The translations under genes were made by a program, and so were the position numbers. Positions 20,977-30,896 of a DNA stretch of 64,000 nt are shown here, piece by piece. Each line of letters starts with the position of its first letter. Within the stretch, counting starts at the first letter, position 1. A model generated the notes under the pieces. That model was given only the letters and a program-made list of their open reading frames with translations. It did not search any database and was not told the origin of the DNA. Location of the stretch: NCBI RefSeq assembly GCF_035292545.1, contig NZ_DATDPV010000009.1:24239-88238 (forward strand), given 5' to 3'. Source of the DNA: Flavobacterium sp. Lineage in GTDB: Bacteria > Bacteroidota > Bacteroidia > Flavobacteriales > Flavobacteriaceae.

Positions 20977-21058
20977 CCTGCTGTCCGCTATATCTTTTTC
21001 TTGTAATTCCTCCTTTGTCGGAATCACAAGAAAAAGGATGCCACTTCCATCAGGGCTA
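20977..21058 (+). repeat. Structured dispersed intergenic element (REP-like or ncRNA-like), copy 1
   Basis: CCTGCTGTC..ATCTTTTT-stem-AAAAAGGAT..CTTCCATCAGGGCTA; homologous to 32238-32308. Confidence 0.65.
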
Positions 21059-21128
21059 AAGGACAAATGGCAGTGCTTGTCAAGGAATTATGTAAAAAAA
21101 CTTTTGAACTTTAAATACCAAACCTTTG

Positions 21129-21136
21129 TATCTTTG
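21129..21136 (+). promoter_or_regulatory. Bacteroidota -7 promoter box
   Basis: TATCTTTG 30 nt upstream of ATG 21167. Confidence 0.55.
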
Positions 21137-21166
21137 AAACTTTGCAACTTTGAACCTGAAAAAAAT

Positions 21167-22471
21167 ATGAATATTCCCAATTCGAGTTTACCCAGAATAG
21201 TAATAATTGGCGGTGGTTTTGCCGGAATTGCATTAGCAAAAAAACTAAAAAACAAGGGAGCTCAAGTAGTCCTGATTGACAAACACAACTACCACACTTT
21301 TCAACCCTTATTATACCAAGTGGCTACTGGCGGCCTCGAAGCCGGATCAATCGCTTATCCTATCCGTAAAGTAGTTCAGGAATTCAATGATTTCTATTTT
21401 CGTCTGGGTCGTGTTACGGAATTGGATACCAAAAACAATAAAATTCTGTCCGATATCGGCGAATTAACCTATGATTATTTAATTATCGCCACCGGTTCCA
21501 AAACCAATTATTTTGGCAACAAAGAGATTGAGCACAATAGCATGTCGATGAAAACCATCCCGCAATCGCTCAATATCCGAAGCCTGATTCTCGAGAATTT
21601 CGAACAAGCCTTATTGACCAATGATGCGAATGAACGCCATAGTCTAACAAATTTTTGCCTTGTAGGTGGCGGACCAACAGGAGTGGAGCTTGCCGGTGCT
21701 TTGGCTGAAATGAAAAACGCCATTCTGCAAAAAGATTATCCCGATCTCGACATCAACAAAATGGAAATTAATCTTATCCAAAGCGGCGACAGAATCCTCA
21801 ACACGATGAGTGAAAAATCTTCTCAAAAAGCAGAAGAATTCCTAACCAAATTAGGCGTAAAAGTCAACAAAAATGTTCGCGTTACCGGTTATGACGGAAA
21901 AATAATCACCACTAATACAGACTTAACATTCGATACCGCAACTGTAATCTGGACCGCAGGCGTTCAAGGCGCTACGATTCCAGGGTTGGATTCCAACTCC
22001 CTTATAGACAAAGTGGAGCGTTTCAAAGTCAATCAATACAATCAAGTTGAAGGTTTTGAAAACATTTTCGCTGTTGGCGATGTTGCTTGTATGATAGATG
22101 AAAACAATCCTCTCGGACATCCTATGTTAGCACAGGCCGCACTACAACAAGGCTGGCTTTTAGGAGAAAATATTATCAAAAAAATTAACAATAAGGAAAT
22201 GGAGCCCTTTGTTTACAACGATAAAGGATCTATGGCGACCATCGGAAGAAACAAAGCCGTGGTCGATTTACCAAGATTTCATTTCAATGGCGTTTTTGCG
22301 TGGTTCGTTTGGATGTTTGTGCATTTATTTTCACTTATCGGATTCAAAAATAAAGCCGTAGTTTTTCTGAATTGGGTATACAACTACATCCGTTTTGACC
22401 GTGAAGGACGTTTGATTATTCGACCTTATAAAAAGAAAAGTTTTACATCGTTTACAAGTGATGAGATTTAG
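21167..22471 (+). CDS. ndh: Type II NADH dehydrogenase (NAD(P)/FAD-dependent oxidoreductase)
   Basis: GGGFAG, FQPLLYQVATG, GGGPTGVELAG, FAVGD, DKGSMATIGR. The ORF-track extension from 20969 is judged non-coding. Confidence 0.88.
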   Translation: MNIPNSSLPRIVIIGGGFAGIALAKKLKNKGAQVVLIDKHNYHTFQPLLYQVATGGLEAGSIAYPIRKVVQEFNDFYFRLGRVTELDTKNNKILSDIGELTYDYLIIATGSKTNYFGNKEIEHNSMSMKTIPQSLNIRSLILENFEQALLTNDANERHSLTNFCLVGGGPTGVELAGALAEMKNAILQKDYPDLDINKMEINLIQSGDRILNTMSEKSSQKAEEFLTKLGVKVNKNVRVTGYDGKIITTNTDLTFDTATVIWTAGVQGATIPGLDSNSLIDKVERFKVNQYNQVEGFENIFAVGDVACMIDENNPLGHPMLAQAALQQGWLLGENIIKKINNKEMEPFVYNDKGSMATIGRNKAVVDLPRFHFNGVFAWFVWMFVHLFSLIGFKNKAVVFLNWVYNYIRFDREGRLIIRPYKKKSFTSFTSDEI

Positions 22472-22736
22472 TTAGAGATAAATAAGAATAAGTCATAAAA
22501 ATAAAATACTAAAAAACTTAAAATCAATTACTTGGGCTTTTATTTTTTTTGTAACTTTAATCTCGTTTAATAAATTAAATTCAAGCATACATTTCCTTTA
22601 ACTCCCAAAGAAGGACGCTTTGTGATATCATTTAGCGATTAAACGAATTTAAATAGCCTACAAACATTTGATTTTATTAAAAGTTAATGGGAAGCCGAAA
22701 ACCATATAGAGTAGGCGAAATTTAAATTTAAACAAA

Positions 22737-23105
22737 ATGAAAAATTCAATTCTGATGTTGCTATCAGTGGTTTCGTTTACGTTTTTTGTAAACGCACAAT
22801 CCGTAAATGCACAAGAGACAAAGGAAGAATGGCCTGGAGTTACCATCAAAGTTTTGACCGACAATAGTAAGGTTAATGTGTCGGAAGTGACATTTGCTCC
22901 GGGAGCTGTTGCTGATTGGCACTCTCATCCATCGTACTCAGTTTATGCAGTAACCAATGTAAAAATGAAATCAGAAGTAAAAGGAAAGGATGCTACTATT
23001 GTTGAATTAAAAGCGGGTCAAGCGGGTTGGTCAGATGCCGTAACACACAAAACAACAAATACGGGCACAACGCCTTTTACAGTAATTGTAACCGAAATTA
23101 AGTAA
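22737..23105 (+). CDS. Secreted cupin-domain protein
   Basis: Signal peptide; TFAPGAVADWHSHP and H..TNTG cupin motifs. Confidence 0.8.
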   Translation: MKNSILMLLSVVSFTFFVNAQSVNAQETKEEWPGVTIKVLTDNSKVNVSEVTFAPGAVADWHSHPSYSVYAVTNVKMKSEVKGKDATIVELKAGQAGWSDAVTHKTTNTGTTPFTVIVTEIK

Positions 23106-23131
23106 ATACTAAATTTAAATTAAAAGTGTTT

Positions 23132-23183
23132 ACCAAATAAAAACTCCTAAAAATTTTGAGATTTCTAGGAGTTTTTATTTGGT
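23132..23183. terminator. Bidirectional intrinsic terminator
   Basis: 18-bp arms ACCAAATAAAAACTCCTA / TAGGAGTTTTTATTTGGT between convergent genes. Confidence 0.8.
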
Positions 23184-23207
23184 GTATGCAGCCACTTTCT
23201 TAATTAT

Positions 23208-24290
23208 TTACAATTCCCTCTCCTTATAATAATTCACCATCAAATCCACAAACTTACTATAACTTTCCAATCCGTCTTTCTGCTGGTTGAATTTCAGGAA
23301 ATTGTCATAAAATATCTTGAAGCCCGTTTCAATAAAAGTTTCATATTGTTTCCAGAAATCCTTGCTTTCTTTATAATTGGCTAATATTCCTGGATGAACA
23401 GTTTTTAGTAATTCGTCCAAAACCTTTTCATCACGAATTTGCCAATTGCGCAAACAATACCGTAATGCCTGACTGTAACCCGAATATTGAAAGTACAAAT
23501 CCTCATTTTTGATGGAAGCTAAAAAACCAATAAAATTCGCTTCACTCTCGGAGGCATAGCCCAACTGGTGCGCCATCTCGTGGCACGTAGTCATTGGAAA
23601 ATTATACATCGGTCCCATATAATTTACCTGCGCTTCATTGGTAAACGGATTCAGATAACCGCCAAATCCCATATAGGTCAAAGGCAAGCTAATCAATGAT
23701 TTTTTAATGCTTGAGTTTTCATATTCAAAGAAAGGATATTGTTTGGACAGGGATTGATACCCTTTTAAATTCATTTCAAAAACCTGCTCTTGTGTGTAAG
23801 GAAACACAATTTTTAAACTGTCGTTTTTTTCAATCTGATGGTGAACAGCATTCGTTTTTATGATTAATTTTTTGGTAAAATTTAATAAATCAGCATCAGA
23901 ATATTCCCTTTCAATATTCATTTTTTCGAATAAAGGAACGCGGTGATAATTCATCGCCCAAAGCAAATGAAACAAAAAATAGAATACCGAGGCAAAACTT
24001 AAAATTCGTAATACATTCGATTTCCATTCAGTTTTCCAAGAGAGTCCTGATGATTTTTGCAAATTGAAGGTTTTCCAAAGCCATTTCAAAATAAGAAAGA
24101 TGACTATAAAATAAATAACGTCTCCGATAGAAAAGGTAATAAAACCAAAGGTGATTCTCGATAATTTGGAAATCCAGACATACAAACCATTACTATAAAA
24201 TTGTTCCACTGATTCTGGAAAAAACGAAATGATTTTCAGAACAATAATTTGAAGCAGGAGTAAAATTGGAAGAATAAATTTCCGTTTCAT
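23208..24290 (-). CDS. DUF3810-family membrane-anchored putative zinc metallopeptidase
   Basis: N-terminal TM helices, GYLNPFTNEAQVN, CHEMAHQLGYASESEANF (HExxH). Confidence 0.82.
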   Translation of the reverse strand: MKRKFILPILLLLQIIVLKIISFFPESVEQFYSNGLYVWISKLSRITFGFITFSIGDVIYFIVIFLILKWLWKTFNLQKSSGLSWKTEWKSNVLRILSFASVFYFLFHLLWAMNYHRVPLFEKMNIEREYSDADLLNFTKKLIIKTNAVHHQIEKNDSLKIVFPYTQEQVFEMNLKGYQSLSKQYPFFEYENSSIKKSLISLPLTYMGFGGYLNPFTNEAQVNYMGPMYNFPMTTCHEMAHQLGYASESEANFIGFLASIKNEDLYFQYSGYSQALRYCLRNWQIRDEKVLDELLKTVHPGILANYKESKDFWKQYETFIETGFKIFYDNFLKFNQQKDGLESYSKFVDLMVNYYKEREL

Positions 24291-24348
24291 TTTTTATTTA
24301 TGGAATAGTAAAGTAACAAATTTAAGTCATTTATTTTTCATAAAAATG

Positions 24349-24356
24349 TACCTTTG
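24349..24356 (+). promoter_or_regulatory. Bacteroidota -7 promoter box
   Basis: TACCTTTG 20 nt upstream of the pepD ATG. Confidence 0.55.
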
Positions 24357-24376
24357 TTAAAACATAACAAAAAAAT

Positions 24377-25840
24377 ATGAGCCAGGAAATAAGAAACCTT
24401 GAACCAAAGCCACTTTGGAACAAATTTGCCGATTTAAATGCAGTACCTCGTCCTTCAAAAAAGGAAGATCGTGTCATTGAATTTATGAAAAACTTCGGAA
24501 ACAATTTAGGACTTGAAACTTTTGAAGACGATATCCGTAATGTAATCATCCGTAAACCAGCTACTCCGGGAATGGAAAACCGCAAAGCAATTGTTTTGCA
24601 AGGTCATTTGGATATGGTACACCAAAAAAATGCTGATACCAATTTCGATTTCGATAAACAAGGAATTGATATGTATGTTGATGGGGATTGGGTTCGTGCC
24701 AGAGGTACAACACTTGGCGCCGATAACGGACTTGGAGTTGCTATGATGATGGCTATTTTAGAGTCAAAAGACATTGCACATCCTGTCATTGAAGCATTAT
24801 TTACTATTGACGAAGAAACAGGTATGACTGGTGCTCTAAACCTAAAAGGCGGTATTCTGAAAGGAGAAATCCTTTTGAATATGGACACGGAAGAAGACGA
24901 TGAAATAGATATCGGTTGTGCAGGTGGAATCGATGTAACTGCTACAAGAAGCTACAATGAAGAAGAAGTTCCCGAAGGTTCCGTTGGACATAGGATTACC
25001 GTAAAAGGATTAAAAGGTGGCCATTCAGGAATGGATATCCACAAAGGATTAGGGAATGCCAATAAAATCATGAACCGTTTGTTGTTTGACGGATTTGAGA
25101 ACTTCGGTTTGCAAGTGGCGGAAATCAATGGAGGAAGTTTACGTAACGCTATTCCGAGAGAAAGTGTGGCAACCGTGATTATTGCGGAAATGTTTGATGA
25201 GGCCTATATTTTTGATATGCAGGAAATCATCAACGATATCAAAACTGAATATAAAACTACCGAACCTAACCTGACTATCGAAATCGTGAAATGCGATTTG
25301 CCGAAAAAAGTAATGGATTTAGGCGTTCAGGAAGGGATTATTCGTTCGATTTATACAGCACATAACGGCGTGTATCGCATGAGTGCTGACATGGAAGATT
25401 TAGTCGAAACGTCTAATAATGTGGCTCGTGTAATCATCAAAGATGGTGAAATATCTGTTGGATGTCTGACACGTTCTTCAGTGGAAACGTCTAAAATGGA
25501 TTTGGCGAATGCCTTGCGTTCGGCTTTTGAATTAAGCGGCTGCGAAGTAACCCTTTCAGGTTCCTATCCTGGTTGGACACCAAATGTAAAGTCGGAAATT
25601 TTAGATATTTTAGTTTCTGTTTATGAGAAACAAAATGGAGAAAAACCAAAAGTTGTGGCTTGTCACGCTGGTTTAGAATGTGGAATCCTAGGGACAAATT
25701 ATCCGGATATGGATATGATTTCTTTTGGTCCAACCATTCACGGAGCGCACTCTCCAGACGAAAGAGCGAGTATTTCCTCTTCTCAAAAATTCTGGAACTT
25801 TGTATTGGAAATCTTGAAAAATATTCCGGTAAAGAAATAG
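24377..25840 (+). CDS. pepD: Aminoacyl-histidine dipeptidase (M20 family)
   Basis: LQGHLDMV, TTLGADNGLG, DEETGM, GGHSGMDIH, CHAGLECG, HSPDER. Confidence 0.95.
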   Translation: MSQEIRNLEPKPLWNKFADLNAVPRPSKKEDRVIEFMKNFGNNLGLETFEDDIRNVIIRKPATPGMENRKAIVLQGHLDMVHQKNADTNFDFDKQGIDMYVDGDWVRARGTTLGADNGLGVAMMMAILESKDIAHPVIEALFTIDEETGMTGALNLKGGILKGEILLNMDTEEDDEIDIGCAGGIDVTATRSYNEEEVPEGSVGHRITVKGLKGGHSGMDIHKGLGNANKIMNRLLFDGFENFGLQVAEINGGSLRNAIPRESVATVIIAEMFDEAYIFDMQEIINDIKTEYKTTEPNLTIEIVKCDLPKKVMDLGVQEGIIRSIYTAHNGVYRMSADMEDLVETSNNVARVIIKDGEISVGCLTRSSVETSKMDLANALRSAFELSGCEVTLSGSYPGWTPNVKSEILDILVSVYEKQNGEKPKVVACHAGLECGILGTNYPDMDMISFGPTIHGAHSPDERASISSSQKFWNFVLEILKNIPVKK

Positions 25841-25860
25841 AAATTTATAATTTTGATATA

Positions 25861-25894
25861 AAAAAACCTCGTTTAGCGATAAACGAGGTTTTTT
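25861..25894. terminator. Bidirectional intrinsic terminator
   Basis: AAAAAACCTCGTTTA-GCGA-TAAACGAGGTTTTTT. Confidence 0.85.
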
Positions 25895-25904
25895 TTTGAA
25901 AAAA

Positions 25905-26420
25905 TTACTTTTTCTTCATCGGATAAGTTTCCTTGCTTTCTATTTCGTCTTTAATTCCATAAATTTCAGCAACGATACTATCAGTGGAAATCTTATTGTA
26001 AGTTATTTTTTGAGGAAAATCATGTTCTTTGTTCTCAAAAACCAATTGATTCTCAGTGGAGGTTGTTAATATGAAAGAAACAGACTTCCCTTCATTTTGG
26101 TCACTAACGGTAGGAATATAGAGCAATTGTCCGTTCTTTTGCATCAATTGGATAGATTCTGTAAAAGCAGTATCTTTTCCAGTGATAAAATACGTTTTCC
26201 CATGAAAAGTACTGTCATTTTCTTTCATCCAAGTTTCGGTTAAAACGCCTTCTTTAGAAGTATTTCCCCATTCTCCAATGAGCCAACTGGCTTTTTCTAT
26301 TAGGACAAAAGTTTTTGGAGTCGGTTCCTGTGTATTGGTTTCTGTGTTTTCTTTTTTCTGGCAAGAAATAAAAGCTGTGGTCAAAGCAACTGTATATAAT
26401 AAAGGAATTGTTTTTTTCAT
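25905..26420 (-). CDS. DUF6265-like lipoprotein
   Basis: Lipobox FISC; WLIGEW and VFENKEHDFPQKITY motifs. Confidence 0.75.
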   Translation of the reverse strand: MKKTIPLLYTVALTTAFISCQKKENTETNTQEPTPKTFVLIEKASWLIGEWGNTSKEGVLTETWMKENDSTFHGKTYFITGKDTAFTESIQLMQKNGQLLYIPTVSDQNEGKSVSFILTTSTENQLVFENKEHDFPQKITYNKISTDSIVAEIYGIKDEIESKETYPMKKK

Positions 26421-26475
26421 AAATGGTAAAGTTAATAGTTTTTATAAAGATAATTAATTAAGGTAAATTTAGGGT

Positions 26476-27339
26476 CTATTTTAAATTACTTCGAAACTCA
26501 GTAGGAGTAAGCCCACTATACTTTTTGAATAGTTTGGCAAAATAGGAATAGTTGATATAACCCAACTCATCGGCTATTTCACTTACCGTTTTGTTTTTGT
26601 CGATTAGCATTCTTTTGGCTTCCAGAATGATTCTTTTGGTAATCATTTCGGTAGCGGTTTCGTTCAGGATATTTTTGCAAATCCGGTTGAGATGTTTGAG
26701 CGTGATATTCATTTTGGTAGCATAAAATGACGGTGATTTTTCCAATTTGTAATGTTGCTCCAAGAACTTTTCAAACTGTTTTATTTTGTAATTGTAAGTA
26801 GGAATCGCATGGTCATTTTCGGAAAGATATTTTCTTGAAATCTCAATATGAATGATGTCCAGTAGATTCAATAATTTATCTTCTTTTTTGAGATTATTGC
26901 CCTGATTTTCTGCTATCATTAAATCGAAATAGGATTTGATTTGATGGAGCTCTATTTCATTCAATTGAATCTCGGGTTTATTTTTAACAGACTGATAAAA
27001 AGGATAATCTTCAATTTTTTTACTTCCGAAATAGAGATTGTAAATTTCCTGAGAGTAGAAAATAATATAACCTTCAATATCAGTTGACAGTTCCCAATTA
27101 TGGATTTGTCCGGGTTGTATTATGAAAAGACTTCCGGCGTTAATTTCAAAGGTGTCAAAATCAATTTCATGAACTCCGGTTCCCTTGGTAAACAATACTA
27201 AGACATAAAAATTGTGCCGATGCGGTTCTTCAATAAAACTATGTTCTTTGAGATGGCTTTTAAACGTATTGACATACAATTCATTTTGGTGTGAATGATG
27301 CTTAAAATGCTGGATTTCGTATACGGGATTTTTTTTCAC
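26476..27339 (-). CDS. AraC-family transcriptional regulator
   Basis: PHRHNFY cupin N-terminus; C-terminal IADELGYINYSYFAKLFKKYSGLTPTEFR. Confidence 0.93.
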   Translation of the reverse strand: MKKNPVYEIQHFKHHSHQNELYVNTFKSHLKEHSFIEEPHRHNFYVLVLFTKGTGVHEIDFDTFEINAGSLFIIQPGQIHNWELSTDIEGYIIFYSQEIYNLYFGSKKIEDYPFYQSVKNKPEIQLNEIELHQIKSYFDLMIAENQGNNLKKEDKLLNLLDIIHIEISRKYLSENDHAIPTYNYKIKQFEKFLEQHYKLEKSPSFYATKMNITLKHLNRICKNILNETATEMITKRIILEAKRMLIDKNKTVSEIADELGYINYSYFAKLFKKYSGLTPTEFRSNLK

Positions 27340-27430
27340 AGTTTACAAAATGTCTTTTTTGTGTTAGTATTGGCGAATTTAGAAAATACTCTTCAAATTT
27401 AAACCTTTTATCTTTGTGAAAAAATAAATC

Positions 27431-27793
27431 ATGTTAAGCAGTATCTATCATATTTTAAAAAATGAATGCCCGAATTGTTATAAAGGTAAAGTTTTTAGGG
27501 ATAAAAGTTTCTTTTTTAGCATCGGATTTCCAAAAATGAATGAAAATTGCGGTCACTGCCATTTTAAATTTGAAAAAGAACCCGGCTATTTTTTTGGAGC
27601 CATGTTTGTAAATTATGGCTTGACGGTAGCCGAAGGAATTCTGACGTATTCTATTGCAAGTCTTTTTTTTGATGAAACTTTCGAACCCAGAATTATTCCC
27701 ATAATTGGAGCAGTTATAATTCTTATGAGTTGTTTGAATATTAGATTGTCGAGGATGATTTGGATTTATATGTTCAGGAATTATTCCATGTAA
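27431..27793 (+). CDS. DUF983-family membrane protein
   Basis: CPNC...CGHC zinc-finger-like motif, FEKEPGYFFGAMFVNY, two TM helices; TATCTTTG box at 27409-27416. Confidence 0.8.
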   Translation: MLSSIYHILKNECPNCYKGKVFRDKSFFFSIGFPKMNENCGHCHFKFEKEPGYFFGAMFVNYGLTVAEGILTYSIASLFFDETFEPRIIPIIGAVIILMSCLNIRLSRMIWIYMFRNYSM

Positions 27794-27802
27794 TTTGAAA
27801 TA

Positions 27803-27836
27803 AAAAAACGCAACCCTGTGAAGTGGATGCGTTTTT
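27803..27836. terminator. Intrinsic terminator
   Basis: AAAAAACGCA..CC / GG.TGCGTTTTT imperfect hairpin between convergent genes. Confidence 0.6.
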
Positions 27837-27858
27837 ATAACTAACAAAAATAAGAATT

Positions 27859-28407
27859 TTAACCCAACAAAAACAAAATCAATAAAGGAAAAACTAATCC
27901 GGCAATAGCCAGTTTCCAACCTCTGCGTTTAAAAGTGAACTTTCCTGCCGGAATCATAATAGCCCCGGTTATGGCAATTGTAATTAATGATATTCCAAAA
28001 ATGTCAGAATAATAGATCCACCAATTAGACGTGTTTTTATGCAACTTCATGGTCTGGCTGATGAATGGGGTTTTATTGAAAGCCACGATTTCACCTTTTC
28101 CGGTTTTCATGTCAATTTCCACATCGTGTTTTTCAAAAGAAATTTTAAAGGTTCCTTTCTTCAAATTATGACGACGAAATTTATCGTCAATACCCAATTG
28201 TTTGCCTAAATCTTCTGCGAATTTTTCGTTGATTTTATCTTCAGCTGGAAGTTTTACTTCAATTGCTTTAGTTTCAATGGTGTATTTTTCAGGATGCCAA
28301 TCTTCTCTATGATTCATCAGAATTCCTGAAAAGGCAAAGGAGATAATTAATCCGATATAAAAATAGCCTAAGTCACGGTGCAGATTTCTTGCTTTAATGG
28401 GTTTCAT
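27859..28407 (-). CDS. PepSY-associated TM-helix protein (PepSY_TM_like_2)
   Basis: RNLHRDLGYF, SGILMNH, LHKN..WWIYYSDIF; directly downstream of the TonB receptor. Confidence 0.85.
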   Translation of the reverse strand: MKPIKARNLHRDLGYFYIGLIISFAFSGILMNHREDWHPEKYTIETKAIEVKLPAEDKINEKFAEDLGKQLGIDDKFRRHNLKKGTFKISFEKHDVEIDMKTGKGEIVAFNKTPFISQTMKLHKNTSNWWIYYSDIFGISLITIAITGAIMIPAGKFTFKRRGWKLAIAGLVFPLLILFLLG

Positions 28408-28409
28408 TT

Positions 28410-30806
28410 TTAGAATTTATATTTTAGGGATGCCATTACTTGTCTTGGCGCAATTGGATTCACACTATAATTTTCATGAACCGTGTAATTCAATTCATTG
28501 GTAACATTTGATAATTTACATAAGATTGAAAATTGTTTCCAAGTATATCCTGCAGAAAGATCAATAGTGGTGTAAGCATCCAAAGGTATTGTTCTGTCTG
28601 GAATGGTTTGCCCATTTGTATTATTCCAACCAGCCAATCTTTCTCCAATATAATTTGCCATTGTTCCAAAAGATAAACCTTTTAATGAGCCTGAAGGTAA
28701 AGTGTAAAATAAGCTAAAATTTGCTGTATTTTCCGGGGTTCTTACCAAACGATCACCTTCTATAAAACTTCCGTTTAATCCTGAAGTTTTAGTATAACGC
28801 ATGTTGTTGTAGCTATAACCGGCCATGATACTTAAGCCTTCAATTGGTTTTGCATTGATGTCAATTTCCACCCCTTTACTTGTCGTTTCTCCGCTTAAAG
28901 TTTTTACGTTGGTATTGGTATTAATTGTACCATCAGCATTGAACTCTGCTGTTTGAGATAAATTACTGTTAACAATCTGATAAAGTGTGATGTTAGTGCT
29001 GATCATTCCTTTCCAGAAATCTTTCTTAACTCCAATTTCATATTGGTCAATAATTGAAGCTTCAAGAGGTTCATTATTAATTGTTATTCCTGAGTTGGGT
29101 GTAAAAGAGTTAGCGTAGCTGGTAAACAAAGACATGCTTTTTGTTGGCTGATATACTAAACCTAATTTTGGAGAAAAGGCAACATCTTTACGTTTCGTTG
29201 GGTCCGCTGTCGCTATGTAAGTAACTGCTTCTGCTTCTTGCCAAGACCAACGCAATCCTGCCAGAACTTTAAATTTTTCTGTTACTGAAATTAAATCCTG
29301 TGCATATATTCCAAAACGGTTAGTGGTTGTTTTTACTATTTTAGTAGCAGTTGCCTCAGGGATTTCGGTATTTTGCGGATAGAGATCCAAATCAAAAATA
29401 TTGATAGTATCATAAATTCCGTTTGGATATAAAGGATCACCGTTTTCATCTACCTCATTGAACTTATATGTATAGGCTTGTGAAAATGAATTGTCAGCAT
29501 CGATACCTGTAAACAGTTGGTGTTTTATTTTTCCGGTAACAAAGTTTCCTTGTAGATTAATCTGCTCGCTTGTCATTTGTTCAAGCGCTTTGTTCTTTCC
29601 TAAAGGTCTGTTCCAGTCCCCGTTTGCTGCTGGTTGAATACGCTCCGTTCCTTCAGAAGTACGATTGTAATTTTGAAAAGAGGTATTGAAATTTAATTTC
29701 CAATTAGTATTGAATTTATGTTTTACTAATCCGGAAACTGAGGCTTGTTTAGTAAGTCCATTTGACCAATTTGCGCCTAAATAGGTATTACGTGGCACCT
29801 CTGCAACTGCTCTGCCAATGGCTCCGGTTCCAAAATCAGGTGTCCAATTATCTTTTAAATAATCTCCTTGCAATACAATTTCTGTTTTATCACTCGCTTT
29901 GAAAAGTACAGAGGGATTCACATAAAAACGTTCTTTAGTTACATTATCTCGAAAGCTTTCTGAGTTTTCATAAGTACCAACAAATCGGTATGCAATAATA
30001 TCATTCAAAGGACCATAAATGTCTATTGAAGGTTTGTAAAAAGAGTAACTTCCTATTTGCATGTTTATTTCTCCTCCTTTTTTAAACGATGGTGTTTTGG
30101 TTACCATATTCAGGATTCCTCCTGGCGCAACATTTCCAAACAATAACGCGGAACTCCCTTTCAAAACCTCTATTTTTTCTAAAGTAGCAACTTCAGGCAT
30201 AGAACCACCATTTAAGCGAAAGCCATTTTTAAACATATTATTCGCCGACATATCATATCCTCTGGACCAAAAGGATTCTTGTGCTCCACCACGTGCGGAA
30301 CCAACATAAACACCATTTACATTCTTTACGACATCACTTAATCGAATAGTTTGTTGTTGTTCAATTACTTGATGACCAATTATTTGTACGCTTTGTGGTA
30401 AGTCTAAAGGTCTTATTTCCAAACCGGATAAAACAGTTTCTCTTTTTTTGTTGGGACTGTCTTTTATTACAATGACTATTTCCTGCAGGGCTTCAATATT
30501 TTCTACTAATTTAAATTCTACATAGGTAGTTTCATTGGCTAAAACTTTTATTTCTTTCGATTGTTTTTTTAAACCTTCTCCCTCTAAAGTAATGATGTGA
30601 TTTCCTATTGGAAAATTGAAGAAACTAAATTCCCCATTATTATTGGTTTTATTTACGTTTGAAGCTTTTCCTAACTTAATCGATATTCCTGAAAGCGGAA
30701 ATCCGTCAGAGGAAACTATTTTGCCCTCCACGATACCGTTTTCCTGAGCATTTATATACAATGTGGTAAATAATAAAATAAATAATATTGTAATTCGACT
30801 TTTCAT
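28410..30806 (-). CDS. TonB-dependent siderophore receptor
   Basis: Signal peptide, N-terminal beta domain, plug (EKIEVLKGSSALLFG), C-terminal NVTN...PR..ASLKYKF. Confidence 0.93.
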   Translation of the reverse strand: MKSRITILFILLFTTLYINAQENGIVEGKIVSSDGFPLSGISIKLGKASNVNKTNNNGEFSFFNFPIGNHIITLEGEGLKKQSKEIKVLANETTYVEFKLVENIEALQEIVIVIKDSPNKKRETVLSGLEIRPLDLPQSVQIIGHQVIEQQQTIRLSDVVKNVNGVYVGSARGGAQESFWSRGYDMSANNMFKNGFRLNGGSMPEVATLEKIEVLKGSSALLFGNVAPGGILNMVTKTPSFKKGGEINMQIGSYSFYKPSIDIYGPLNDIIAYRFVGTYENSESFRDNVTKERFYVNPSVLFKASDKTEIVLQGDYLKDNWTPDFGTGAIGRAVAEVPRNTYLGANWSNGLTKQASVSGLVKHKFNTNWKLNFNTSFQNYNRTSEGTERIQPAANGDWNRPLGKNKALEQMTSEQINLQGNFVTGKIKHQLFTGIDADNSFSQAYTYKFNEVDENGDPLYPNGIYDTINIFDLDLYPQNTEIPEATATKIVKTTTNRFGIYAQDLISVTEKFKVLAGLRWSWQEAEAVTYIATADPTKRKDVAFSPKLGLVYQPTKSMSLFTSYANSFTPNSGITINNEPLEASIIDQYEIGVKKDFWKGMISTNITLYQIVNSNLSQTAEFNADGTINTNTNVKTLSGETTSKGVEIDINAKPIEGLSIMAGYSYNNMRYTKTSGLNGSFIEGDRLVRTPENTANFSLFYTLPSGSLKGLSFGTMANYIGERLAGWNNTNGQTIPDRTIPLDAYTTIDLSAGYTWKQFSILCKLSNVTNELNYTVHENYSVNPIAPRQVMASLKYKF

Positions 30807-30812
30807 GATTGT

Positions 30813-30896
30813 TTATTTGGAATAATTAAAAATAACGATGCAAATATATAATCCAATTTTGATTTCGCAAAACTTATTTAGATTAAATATGAATAA
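30813..30896. promoter_or_regulatory. Two Fur-like 23-bp pseudo-palindromes flanking a minus-strand -7 box
   Basis: TTATTTGGAATAATTAAAAATAA (30813-30835) and TTATTTAGATTAAATATGAATAA (30874-30896); CAAATATA at 30841-30848 reads TATATTTG on the minus strand. Confidence 0.5.

Noticed and set aside
20969-21166. 66-codon N-terminal extension of ndh in the ORF track
   Set aside because: Covers the structured repeat and a -7 promoter box; the Rossmann motif begins just after ATG 21167
27455-27919. 154-aa minus-strand ORF opposite the DUF983 gene
   Set aside because: The plus-strand gene has the recognisable family motifs and a promoter box; this is its shadow
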